Assembly (NCBI GenBank): GCA_035285865.1
Contig: JAYKHS010000026.1
Span: forward strand, 32,001-96,000
Direction of reading: 5' to 3'
DNA length: 64,000 bases
From: Candidatus Sericytochromatia bacterium
GTDB taxonomy: Bacteria > Cyanobacteriota > Sericytochromatia > S15B-MN24 > VGJW01
The notes beneath the pieces are model-generated. The model was not told the origin of the DNA, ran no database searches, and worked only from the letters and a program-made list of their open reading frames with translations. A program made the translations under genes and the position numbers. Position 1 is the first letter of the stretch. Each line of letters begins with the position of its first letter. Shown one piece after another: positions 56,004-64,000 of the stretch.

Positions 56004-56255
56004 CTACTTGCCGAAAAGGCCCATCAGGAAGGCGGCTGCCTTGTTCACGATAGGGCCGAGGAACTGGTCCCAGATGTTGGTGAAGAAGCTCATGATGCCG
56101 ACCTTGGTCGGGGTCGATGCCGGTGTAGCCGATGGCACGAAGGCATCTCCGGCCATCGGACGCGGCTGGACGGGGGCTGCGGGCTGGGCCGAGGGAGCGC
56201 CCCAAGGCGAGACGCTCGGGATCATGGGGTTGGCGGCGACTGCGGGTGCTTGCAT
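56004..56255 (-). CDS. small Pro/Ala-rich protein with amphipathic C-terminus
   Basis: SD AGGAGAG; MQAPAVAANP...FFTNIWDQFLGPIVNKAAAFLMGLFGK. Confidence 0.65.
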   Translation of the reverse strand: MQAPAVAANPMIPSVSPWGAPSAQPAAPVQPRPMAGDAFVPSATPASTPTKVGIMSFFTNIWDQFLGPIVNKAAAFLMGLFGK

Positions 56256-56266
56256 GGTCGTCTCTC

Positions 56267-56428
56267 CTACTTCATGTTCTTGAGCAAGGTATCGAGCGCC
56301 TTGTTGGACTGGTCGCCGATGGCACGGAAGCCACCCACGCACACCGCCGCGATGACGGCCACGATGATGCCGTACTCGACCATGCTCTGGCCGGATTCGT
56401 CGTGCACGAGGGTCTTCAGAAAGGTCAT
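56267..56428 (-). CDS. flp: Flp pilin (second copy, 53 aa)
   Basis: MTFLKTLVHDESGQSMVEYGIIVAVIAAVCVGGFRAIGDQSNKALDTLLKNMK; GAGGAGG SD. Confidence 0.95.
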   Translation of the reverse strand: MTFLKTLVHDESGQSMVEYGIIVAVIAAVCVGGFRAIGDQSNKALDTLLKNMK

Positions 56429-56487
56429 CGGCGCGCCTCCTCGATGGTGCCGGTGGGGTCCACGTTGTTGTCGGACCAACCGTTTCC

Positions 56488-56515
56488 TTATCGGTAAAGG
56501 CGCGGAAAAGCTGTG
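56488..56515 (-). promoter_or_regulatory. putative promoter element with sigma28-like -10 (ACCGATAA)
   Basis: ACAG-N15-ACCGATAA; 18/28 identical to 27304-27331 upstream of the first flp. Confidence 0.4.
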
Positions 56516-56528
56516 CTGAAGGTTCGGC

Positions 56529-56708
56529 TCAGGGAGCCTGGGACAGCGCTTTGTGGTGCTGGAGAAGCTGCCGGGAGAGTGCTGCCTGCACGAGTCGGGT
56601 GGCAAGGGCCACACCGATCGTGATGGCGGCGGCGATGAGGCCGTATTCCACCATGGCCTGGGCGTCCTCGCCGCGTACGAGACGCCCAAGGAAGGTCTCG
56701 TCGGCCAC
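56529..56708 (-). CDS. Flp-like pilin (divergent)
   Basis: GEDAQAMVEYGLIAAAITIGV; Ala rather than Gly at -1. Confidence 0.75.
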   Translation of the reverse strand: MADETFLGRLVRGEDAQAMVEYGLIAAAITIGVALATRLVQAALSRQLLQHHKALSQAP

Positions 56709-56710
56709 GG

Positions 56711-57286
56711 TCAGTTGCCGCCCGCGAAAGCCACCGGAACGAGTACCTCCAGCGCCACCGGCCACTGGGCGTCATCCGTCCCCTTGAGCACGGCGGCGAT
56801 GGTTACGGGCGCGTTGGTGCGCGTCTTCCCGTACTCCAGGACGCCGTTGGAGACGATGGGCAACTCGGCTTTGCCCTGTCCCAGGACGAGCTTCTGCTGG
56901 TCCTGGCCGACCGGGCTGACGGTGCCGGCCCTCGGGTCTTCGCGCAGCGTGGAGGGGGCAACCCGCAGGCTGATGGGGAGCTGGGCACGCTGGCCACCGC
57001 CGAACAGGCCCAGCAGGTTGCCCGGGTTGGCCGGGTCAAGCGCCGTAACTTCCATAGCGTTGAAGGTGGCACCCGGACTGCCCGGAGCTCCCTCGATAGT
57101 AACGACCGGATTCTTGAAGGAGGCCGTCACCTCGTTGGTGGCTCCCTTGGCGTAGGTGACCGTGACGCTGGCCGGTTCCACCGACCGGATGGCCAGTTTG
57201 GCCGAGAAGTTGACGAAAGGAAGCGGGACGCCGCAACCAACGAGGAGGATGCTTGCGAGACCCGGAACGAGCTGCGTCCGCATCAC
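56711..57286 (-). CDS. lipoprotein, unknown function
   Basis: Lipobox LLVGC; GTGA overlap with the pilT stop. Confidence 0.75.
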   Translation of the reverse strand: MMRTQLVPGLASILLVGCGVPLPFVNFSAKLAIRSVEPASVTVTYAKGATNEVTASFKNPVVTIEGAPGSPGATFNAMEVTALDPANPGNLLGLFGGGQRAQLPISLRVAPSTLREDPRAGTVSPVGQDQQKLVLGQGKAELPIVSNGVLEYGKTRTNAPVTIAAVLKGTDDAQWPVALEVLVPVAFAGGN

Positions 57287-58383
57287 CCCGTGAGGCCCGC
57301 CTGGAAGGAGCTGCCGGAACCGTGGTAGGCGCCGCGCATCATGCGCTGGAGTTCGTTGGGCGACTCGGAATAGGAAAGCGCATCATCCAGCGAGATCAGG
57401 TCATCCTGATAGAGGTTGAAGAGCGCCTGGTTCATCGACTGCATGCCTTCCATGGAGCCTTGGTTCAGGACCGTGTAGAGTCCGTCGATCTCGTTCTTGG
57501 AGATCAGGTCCACGACCGTCGGTGTCGAGACCAGCACCTCGATGGCGGCCACGCGCCCCTGGCCGCTCGCCCGGGGAATCAGGCGCTGCGAGATGGAGCC
57601 CCGCAGGATCTGCGAGAGCTGCAGGCGGATGCCGTCCTGCTCGTGCGGGTCGAAGGTGCTGATGACCCGGATGATGGTCTGGACGGCATCTGTCGTGTGG
57701 AGCGTCGAGAGCACGAGGTGGCCGGTTTCTGCGGCCTTGACGGCGGCCATGATGGTCTCCTGGTCGCGCATCTCACCGATCAGGATGACGTCCGGGTCCT
57801 GCCGCAGGGCGTACTTGATGGCATTGGGGAAGGACATGGTGTCCTGACCGACCTCACGCTGCGTGACGACGGACTTCTTGCTCGTATAGACGAACTCGAC
57901 GGGGTCTTCGACGGTGATGATGTGAACGTCCTTGGTCGTGTTCACGAACTCAAGCATGGCCGTCAGCGTCGTGGATTTTCCGGAGCCCGTGGGGCCGGTG
58001 CACAGGATCAGGCCCTGACGTTCGAGCGCCAATTTCTTGATGACGGGCGGCAGATCGAGCGCATCGACGGTCGGGGTCTTGATCGGGATGACCCGCATGG
58101 CGGCACCGATGTTTCCCTGTTCGAAGTAGACGTTCACCCGGAAGCGTGACAGGCCCTCGATGGTCAGCGAGATGTCCAGCTCGCGCGATTGTTCGAACTG
58201 CTGGCGCTGGTCTGCGCTCATCAGGGAGTAGAGGGCCTGCCGCGTGTCCGCGGGCGTCAGCGCCTTGTATTCCGTGGGGACGATGCGGCCGTCGATTCGC
58301 AGGATGGGCGGGCTGCCCACCTTGATGTGGATGTCCGAAGCCCGCTTCTGGACGGCGTTGCGCAAGAAGTCGAGAATATTCAT
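57283..58383 (-). CDS. pilT: PilT/PilU-family type IV pilus ATPase
   Basis: ASDIHI, RFRVN, TGPTGSGKST, TVEDPVE, ALRQDPDVILIGEMRD, AETGHLVLSTLHT, GMQS. Confidence 0.93.
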   Translation of the reverse strand: MNILDFLRNAVQKRASDIHIKVGSPPILRIDGRIVPTEYKALTPADTRQALYSLMSADQRQQFEQSRELDISLTIEGLSRFRVNVYFEQGNIGAAMRVIPIKTPTVDALDLPPVIKKLALERQGLILCTGPTGSGKSTTLTAMLEFVNTTKDVHIITVEDPVEFVYTSKKSVVTQREVGQDTMSFPNAIKYALRQDPDVILIGEMRDQETIMAAVKAAETGHLVLSTLHTTDAVQTIIRVISTFDPHEQDGIRLQLSQILRGSISQRLIPRASGQGRVAAIEVLVSTPTVVDLISKNEIDGLYTVLNQGSMEGMQSMNQALFNLYQDDLISLDDALSYSESPNELQRMMRGAYHGSGSSFQAGLTG

Positions 58384-58396
58384 GCGTGGGCCCGCC

Positions 58397-59002
58397 TCAG
58401 ACCGATCCGCCGCCCCGGGCCACGTTGGCCAAGGGGTAGCCGACGCACTTCTGGGCGAAGCGCGAAATGTCGAAGAGGTTCCGCACTTGGTCCGGTGCCG
58501 TCGATTCCATGGCCCATGTTTCCACTGTCTGGCCCCGTTCGTCCGCGAAGACAAGCAGGATGGAGATGTTCGACGGGATGAACTTGCCGGGTTGGACTGT
58601 GCGCAGCTCGTCGGGAGCCGGGGGGTCATACTTCACCTGCACGTCGGTGATCGTGTGGATCTTGCGCTTGCGCAGGTGATGCGTCTTGGGGAACAGTGCG
58701 ATGTTGATGAAGTAGGCGCTGGTCACCAGCACCACGTCGATCGAGTAGAAGTTGTTGGCGTCAGCCCCGGTTCCACCCGCACCCATGTCGAATGAGTAGT
58801 AGCACGCCACGATCATGTCCTGTGGGTGGATCAGGTCGTAAAGGCTCTGGACCAGCACCATGCCGGCCCCACCGGCCTGCTGTGCGCGTCGGAGCAGGTC
58901 GGCGAGCCGCGGATGCTGGAAGGCGTTGGGTGGCTGGGCCGGAGGTTGTTGGCCCGTGGCAGCGGGGGCCTGCGCGGTGATGGCCGTTGATTCGGCGGTC
59001 AT
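58397..59002 (-). CDS. hypothetical protein (possible PH-like beta fold)
   Basis: VVLVTS...IHTITDVQV pattern; between serS and pilT. Confidence 0.65.
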   Translation of the reverse strand: MTAESTAITAQAPAATGQQPPAQPPNAFQHPRLADLLRRAQQAGGAGMVLVQSLYDLIHPQDMIVACYYSFDMGAGGTGADANNFYSIDVVLVTSAYFINIALFPKTHHLRKRKIHTITDVQVKYDPPAPDELRTVQPGKFIPSNISILLVFADERGQTVETWAMESTAPDQVRNLFDISRFAQKCVGYPLANVARGGGSV

Positions 59003-59059
59003 GGCGGATCCTGGGCAAGTGAGGGCAATCGATCCGACCATGCCCCCCTTCGCACGGGG

Positions 59060-60358
59060 CTAAACCGCGCGCGCTTGCCCCAGGACGGAGAGCCCGCCCA
59101 TGTAGGGCACCAGGGCATCGGGCACGCGGACGGTGCCGTCCCCTTGCAGGCCGTTTTCGAGGATAGCGGCCAGGCATCGGCCGACGGCCACGCCGGATCC
59201 GTTCAGACTGTACGGGTGGCGAAGCGTCTCGCCGTCCCGGAAGCGGGTCTGGCCCCGACGGGTCTGGAAATCGGTACAGAGCGAGCAGGAGCTGATCTCG
59301 CGGTACCTGCCCTGGCTGGGGAACCAGACCTCGAGGTCGTACGTGATGGCGCTGTTGAAGCCCAGGTCGGCCGTGCACAGCCTGACCACGCGGTAGGGCA
59401 GGCCCAGGGTCTGCAGGACGCGTTCGGCGTCGGCCACCATGCCTTCCAGAGCCGTGATGCCTTCCTCGGGGGCCACGAGCTTGACGAGCTCCACCTTGCG
59501 GAACTCGTGGACCCGGATCATGCCCTTGGTATCCCGGCCAGCCGCCCCCGCCTCCGAGCGGAAACACGACGTGCCGGCCGTCAGGTGCATCGGGAGTTGG
59601 TCGGCATCCATGATCTGGCCCCGGGCCATGTTGGTCAGCGGCACCTCGGCCGTCGGGATCAGGTACAGGGGCCAGCCCGTTACCTGGAAGAGCTGGTCAT
59701 GGAACTTCGGCAGGTTGCCGTTGGCCGTGAGCGTGTCGGCATTGGCCAGGGTCGGCGGCAGGATCTCGGTGTAGCCGTGGGCCAGGTGCAGGTCCAGCAT
59801 GAAGTTGAGCAGGGCGCGTTCGAGCCGGGCTCCTTGGCCCTTGAGCAGAACGAATCGCGAGCCCGCGAGCCGGGTTGCCTCTTCGGTGGCCAGCAGCCCG
59901 AGTCGTTCGCCGATTTCCTCGTGGGGTTCGGCTGCGTGGGTGAAGGTGGGTGGAGTGCCCCAGCGTCGCACTTCCACGTTGTCGTCTTCGGAGTTTCCGA
60001 CGGGCACCGAGGCGTCCGGGATGTTCGGGATCTGGTACAGCAGGCCTTCTGCCGGATCGAGGCGGGCATGCTGGTTCTGCGCCAACTCGCCCTCGAGGCT
60101 CGTCAGGGTCTCGCCGAGCGTGCGGACCTCGGCCTGCAAGGCATCGGCATCGCCCGCGGCCTTGCCTGTGCGGATGGCCCCGATGGCCTTGCTTTTCGTA
60201 TTGCGCTCCTGGCGCAGCGTGTCGATACGGGCCTGAAGATTCCGGAAGGCCGCGTCCATCTCGAGCAGGCGATCGACCTTGCCGGGGTCGTCGCCGCGAT
60301 GGCGCAGGGCCGTGCGAACGGTCTCGGGTTCCTGGCGGATCAGCTTGATGTCGAGCAA
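59060..60358 (-). CDS. serS: serine--tRNA ligase
   Basis: MLDIKLIR, LIPTAEV, FRSEAG, RVHEFRKVE, EISSCS, LNGSGVAVGR. Confidence 0.99.
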   Translation of the reverse strand: MLDIKLIRQEPETVRTALRHRGDDPGKVDRLLEMDAAFRNLQARIDTLRQERNTKSKAIGAIRTGKAAGDADALQAEVRTLGETLTSLEGELAQNQHARLDPAEGLLYQIPNIPDASVPVGNSEDDNVEVRRWGTPPTFTHAAEPHEEIGERLGLLATEEATRLAGSRFVLLKGQGARLERALLNFMLDLHLAHGYTEILPPTLANADTLTANGNLPKFHDQLFQVTGWPLYLIPTAEVPLTNMARGQIMDADQLPMHLTAGTSCFRSEAGAAGRDTKGMIRVHEFRKVELVKLVAPEEGITALEGMVADAERVLQTLGLPYRVVRLCTADLGFNSAITYDLEVWFPSQGRYREISSCSLCTDFQTRRGQTRFRDGETLRHPYSLNGSGVAVGRCLAAILENGLQGDGTVRVPDALVPYMGGLSVLGQARAV

Positions 60359-60377
60359 TTGCGGGGCCTCGGCTGGG

Positions 60378-61025
60378 TCACGACGTGAAGGGGTTCCATG
60401 GTGGCATGGACCGGGCCGGCCATGGGAGGGGGGGGGCCTCCGGACCCGGTAGCAGCAGCATGTCGAGGATGTGGGCCGTCAGGCCCCAGATGACGTGCGG
60501 ACCGACCACATAGGCAGGCAGGCTGCGGTTGGCCATGCCACGGCTACGGGTCTCGGGCTTGAGAGCGTGCAGCGGGCGGAGTTGTCGCACGCCCGGAGCC
60601 GTCAGCACGGCCCACGACCACGTGAGGACCAGATCGACCTCGCGGCCGTCCGGCATCGGTGTCGTCTGCAGGTCCAGTTCGGCCACCACAGGCTGGACCC
60701 GAACGCCGTAGAGTGTCTCCACGGCCGGGAGCAGGCCAACGGGACGGACATGGCGGGCGGCAAGGCCGATTTCCTCTCCCAGCTCGCGGACCGCCGTGTC
60801 CACAAGGTCGCGATCGCCGGGAGCCCAGCCGCCACCGGGGAAGCAGTATTCCCCCTTGTGGGTCGGCACCTCCATCGTTCGGCGCAGCAGCAAGGTTCCG
60901 CTGCCTTCGGGGCCACGGGTGACCGGCACGCATACGGCGGCCTCCCGTTCCGCGCGCCCAACGGGGGCGTCGAGCGGCAGCAGGCGGTCCAGATCCGGTC
61001 CGTGGGCCATCGAGAGGATCATCAT
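60378..61025 (-). CDS. Nudix CoA pyrophosphatase (NudL/Pcd1-like)
   Basis: EAAVCV, HKGEYCFPGG, TAVRELGEEIG, IWGLTA; start may be a few codons later. Confidence 0.9.
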   Translation of the reverse strand: MMILSMAHGPDLDRLLPLDAPVGRAEREAAVCVPVTRGPEGSGTLLLRRTMEVPTHKGEYCFPGGGWAPGDRDLVDTAVRELGEEIGLAARHVRPVGLLPAVETLYGVRVQPVVAELDLQTTPMPDGREVDLVLTWSWAVLTAPGVRQLRPLHALKPETRSRGMANRSLPAYVVGPHVIWGLTAHILDMLLLPGPEAPPLPWPARSMPPWNPFTS

Positions 61026-61075
61026 ACCTGCGGGTGCTATCCTTGGACCGGATCCGGACCGGGATGAGGTGTAGA

Positions 61076-61726
61076 TTGAAGCTCTTGAGGACCAGCGTGC
61101 GCCGGGGCATCCTTGCGGCTTTGGCGACTCTCCCGGTGATGGTTCATGCAGATGATGCGCAGGCGGCGCGCAAGCCTGCGCCCGCCAGGTCGGCGGCGGC
61201 AGCCATGGAGCCCCGCGTGCGTTTCGGGTTCGTCGATTCGGTTCGCCTGCAGGCGGAGTCGCCGGGTTTGATGGCTGCACGGCAGCGCATCGAAGCCGAG
61301 CAGTTCCGTTACGACCAGGAACTGCGCGAAGGACAGCGGCGGATTGCCGCCATCGATGCCGACATCGCGTCTGTCGACGTGCGGGTGGCATCCTTGTCGG
61401 CGGAGGCCTCAGGGGATCCCGTCGTTCGCCAGAAGGCTTTCGAGGAGCGCGAGGCGCTGGACGATCGCAGGTACGCGCTCGCCGACGAGGTGGGGGGACG
61501 CATGTCCGCTCGGCGCGAGGCGCTGGATGAAGCCCGGCGGGCCCTCGAGCAGGAGATTCTGAGGATTCGCGGGGTGCTGGCCGATCTGGCGCGCCAGCGT
61601 CGTCTCGAGGGAGTCCTTGATGGACGCCACGCCTTCTTCGGTGCGGTCGATCTCACGGCCGACATGTTGCGCTTGCTTGGGGCGACGGGCTCGACGGTGC
61701 CCGTGACGCCGCCTGCCACGCCCTGA
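61076..61726 (+). CDS. OmpH/Skp-like periplasmic chaperone
   Basis: Signal peptide, RFGFVD, coiled coil, VDLTADML; TTG start after GAGGTG. Confidence 0.75.
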   Translation: MKLLRTSVRRGILAALATLPVMVHADDAQAARKPAPARSAAAAMEPRVRFGFVDSVRLQAESPGLMAARQRIEAEQFRYDQELREGQRRIAAIDADIASVDVRVASLSAEASGDPVVRQKAFEEREALDDRRYALADEVGGRMSARREALDEARRALEQEILRIRGVLADLARQRRLEGVLDGRHAFFGAVDLTADMLRLLGATGSTVPVTPPATP

Positions 61727-61734
61727 GATGGCGA

Positions 61735-61763
61735 GGTCGGCCCCGCAGCCTGCGGGGCCGACC
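61735..61763. terminator. hairpin between convergent genes
   Basis: GGTCGGCCCCGCAG-C-CTGCGGGGCCGACC perfect inverted repeat. Confidence 0.65.
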
Positions 61764-61780
61764 ACATGCCGGGTCGGGAT

Positions 61781-62503
61781 TCAGGCCCAGGCTGCCAATA
61801 CCTCGGGCTTGTGGATCGTGATCTGCTGGTGGGCGATCGAGATGATGTCCTGATCCTGCAGACGGTTCAGGGCGCGCGTCACGGTCTCGCGGCTGGAGCC
61901 GACCATGTTCGCGAGGTCCTGATGCGTCATCTTGAGGTTGATCAGGATGCGGTTGCCACCCAGCAGGCGTCCCTCGACCCGCGACAGGCTGCAGAGCGTC
62001 GAGGCGACGCGCTCGTGGACGTCCTTGAATGCCAGATCCTCGACTTGCTGGTTCACCTGACGGATGCGCCGCGTAAGATCACGCAACAGTTGCAGGGCGA
62101 TGCGCGGAGTCTCGAGCACGACCCGCTCGAAGTCGCGCTTGCTGATTGTCAGGGCGACGACGGGCTCGTCGAGAACTTCGGCCGTGGCGGATCGGGGCAT
62201 TTCGTCGAAGATGGCCATCTCGCCGAAGAACGCGCCGGGCTGCATGATGGCGAGGGTCTTCTCGCGTCCGTCCTCGGTGATCTTGGAGATTTTCACGCGT
62301 CCGCTGCGAATGATGTAGAGCGTGTCGCCCTCGTCTCCCTCGTGGAAGATGATGCTCCGCTTGGGGTGGACCCGCTCGGAGACGATGGATGCGATGCGCT
62401 CGAGCGCGTCAGGAGCCACGTGGGAGAAGATGCTGACTTTCTGCAGGAAAGCGAGGCTCTGGGCGGGGGTCGAGGGGATGAACCGGGGCTCCTTGGGCGG
62501 CAC
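61781..62503 (-). CDS. Crp/Fnr family transcriptional regulator
   Basis: FFGEMAI, PRSATA, THQDLANMVGSSRETVTR; GTG after AAAGGAAG. Confidence 0.95.
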   Translation of the reverse strand: MPPKEPRFIPSTPAQSLAFLQKVSIFSHVAPDALERIASIVSERVHPKRSIIFHEGDEGDTLYIIRSGRVKISKITEDGREKTLAIMQPGAFFGEMAIFDEMPRSATAEVLDEPVVALTISKRDFERVVLETPRIALQLLRDLTRRIRQVNQQVEDLAFKDVHERVASTLCSLSRVEGRLLGGNRILINLKMTHQDLANMVGSSRETVTRALNRLQDQDIISIAHQQITIHKPEVLAAWA

Positions 62504-62845
62504 GGCGAGCTTCCTTTGGTGGGGAGGGGTGGGACAGAAACTTTGCTGGAATGTCAACAAGTCGTCTATGTGAGCGAGTGTAGCAAACGACAATGTTGCG
62601 CTGTCAAGGATGGATATTGGCAGCAGAATCAGCGTGATGCTTCCGTGTGTCGTTGCGAAGGTTGCCGCGTGAACGGTTTGTTGCCGCGGAGGGCGTGCCC
62701 TCGCCCTCCGCGGTGAGACTTGATGACGCCAATTGCCGCTTCAGGTCATATATGAAGTTTTATGAACAACCGAAAATGCGCGCGGGGCGCGCCTCTTGGC
62801 CTTGCGGTCGTCGATATTATGTTCGAATGAATCGCGGGGAAGGCG

Positions 62846-63589
62846 TCAGTCGACGAGGCGCAGGTCGCGGGTTGCTTCGGCGGCCCTGAGGGCGCGCGCC
62901 GTGGCCAGGGGTTCCCCATGGGCGGGGGCGAGGGCCGTCAGGCTCCACGTCAACGGGGTGCCGGAAGGCAGGGTGCCGCGTTCCCCCCGAGGCCTGAAGA
63001 CAGGCCAGTGGTCCGGCGGTTGCACCGAACTGCTGGCTGGCCAGTTGGTCTCGGATACCAGATCCTCGAGGAGCACGCTGCCCGTGGTGTCGCGCACGGC
63101 GATCCGGTAGGCGACGGCCTCGGGGACGGCCTGCCACGAGATGATTCCCATCCGCTCAAGGATCAGGCTGTCCGTTGCGAGCCCGGCGACATTGATGCCG
63201 ACGGGCGTTGCCAAGGACTCGGTGGCTGGCCGGATGCCCGGCGAGGTGCTGCGCCAGCGTTCCGCGTTGGCGCCATCGAGTGCGCGCACGACATAGATGA
63301 ATGTGGTCCCCGGGGTGAGGCCGTCCCGGTCGACCCACGTGCGGGCCGGACTCGCGCCCAGCACCCGAATCCTGCTGCCTTCGACGCGTACGACCTCGTA
63401 GCGCGGGATGGCAGGCACCTCTCCCCAAGCCAGTTCGACCCGAGATCCCGTCCCGTCGGTGACGGCCAGCGCAGCAAGGGGCATCAGGCCTTGGCCTGTG
63501 CCGGGGACCTGCGGGCAACCTGCGAGCGTGGCGACTGCCGAGGCCGCGAGGGTGCCGGCCCGGACGGACCGCCTAGACCACCAGTGCAC
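62846..63589 (-). CDS. lipoprotein with Fn3-like domains
   Basis: Lipobox LAGC; VELAW...YEVVR...GLTPGTTFIYVVRA. Confidence 0.75.
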   Translation of the reverse strand: MHWWSRRSVRAGTLAASAVATLAGCPQVPGTGQGLMPLAALAVTDGTGSRVELAWGEVPAIPRYEVVRVEGSRIRVLGASPARTWVDRDGLTPGTTFIYVVRALDGANAERWRSTSPGIRPATESLATPVGINVAGLATDSLILERMGIISWQAVPEAVAYRIAVRDTTGSVLLEDLVSETNWPASSSVQPPDHWPVFRPRGERGTLPSGTPLTWSLTALAPAHGEPLATARALRAAEATRDLRLVD

Positions 63590-64000
63590 GAAGCCGTTCC
63601 TCGTCGCGGACGACGAACCGCTGCCGGTCGATTCGGATCAGGCCCCGATCCTGATAGTCCATCAGGACGCGTGTCAGGGTCTCGCGCGACGTGCCGGTAC
63701 GGTTGGCCATCTCCTGACGCGTCATGCGCGTCTCGAATCCGCCGTCTTCATCGCGGCTGAGGACGGACTCCCGGGCCATTTCGAGCAGCAACCGCGCGAC
63801 CCGGCCCGGAGCCGACAGGAAGGCCAGGCTTTCGACGTGGCGATCCGTCTGGCGCAGCCGGCGGCAGAGGACGAGCAGCAGCTTCGGAGCGATGCCGGGC
63901 TGGCGGTTCAGCAGCGAAAGGAACTCCTCGCGCGGCAGGATCAGGATTTCCGAGGCCTCGACGGCGACGGCGGTCGCACTGCGTGGCTCGCCGTCGATCA
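63573..64000 (-). CDS. Crp/Fnr family regulator (5'-truncated by the window edge)
   Basis: DGEPRSATAVA, LAFLSAPGRVA, TRQEMANRTGTSRETLTR. Confidence 0.9.
   Translation of the reverse strand, partial: IDGEPRSATAVAVEASEILILPREEFLSLLNRQPGIAPKLLLVLCRRLRQTDRHVESLAFLSAPGRVARLLLEMARESVLSRDEDGGFETRMTRQEMANRTGTSRETLTRVLMDYQDRGLIRIDRQRFVVRDEERLRALVV

Noticed and set aside
1..64000. tRNA/rRNA genes, IS elements, integrases, prophage, known defence systems
   Set aside because: No cloverleaf, rRNA, transposase, integrase or phage structural motifs recognised by eye, and no obvious compositional island.

Overview
GC-rich chromosomal window from a diderm bacterium (secretin, Skp/OmpH, LspA and SLH plus beta-barrel genes); the lineage cannot be established from this window. 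No rRNA, tRNA, CRISPR array, transposase or phage gene was recognised. Housekeeping genes: leuS; lspA-obgE-proB-proA-nadD-rsfS-EamA; serS; def; FabK/NMO; GH38; HD-GYP; two two-component systems; two Crp/Fnr regulators. A complete Tad/Flp pilus locus (27438-37022) has a CpaE-CpaF fusion. Best candidates for something new: (1) a tightly coupled 7-gene operon (46-10468) built largely from apparently dead domains: a degenerate tubulin-like protein with a Zn ribbon, two HPD-less J-like domains and two JAB/MPN-like-TM-Fn3 membrane proteins; (2) a PilT/PilU-family ATPase in an operon-like run with two Flp pilins (56004-58383), although Tad systems normally lack PilT; (3) TTAA-N7-TTAAC boxes and shared upstream elements at the flp genes; (4) a lipoprotein with a perfect 5x24-bp palindrome-containing repeat; (5) a tandem pair of unknown secreted beta-rich paralogues. 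All domain calls come from motif recognition by eye, not database searches. Many starts were trimmed relative to the ORF track using stop/start overlaps, SD motifs or -10 boxes.
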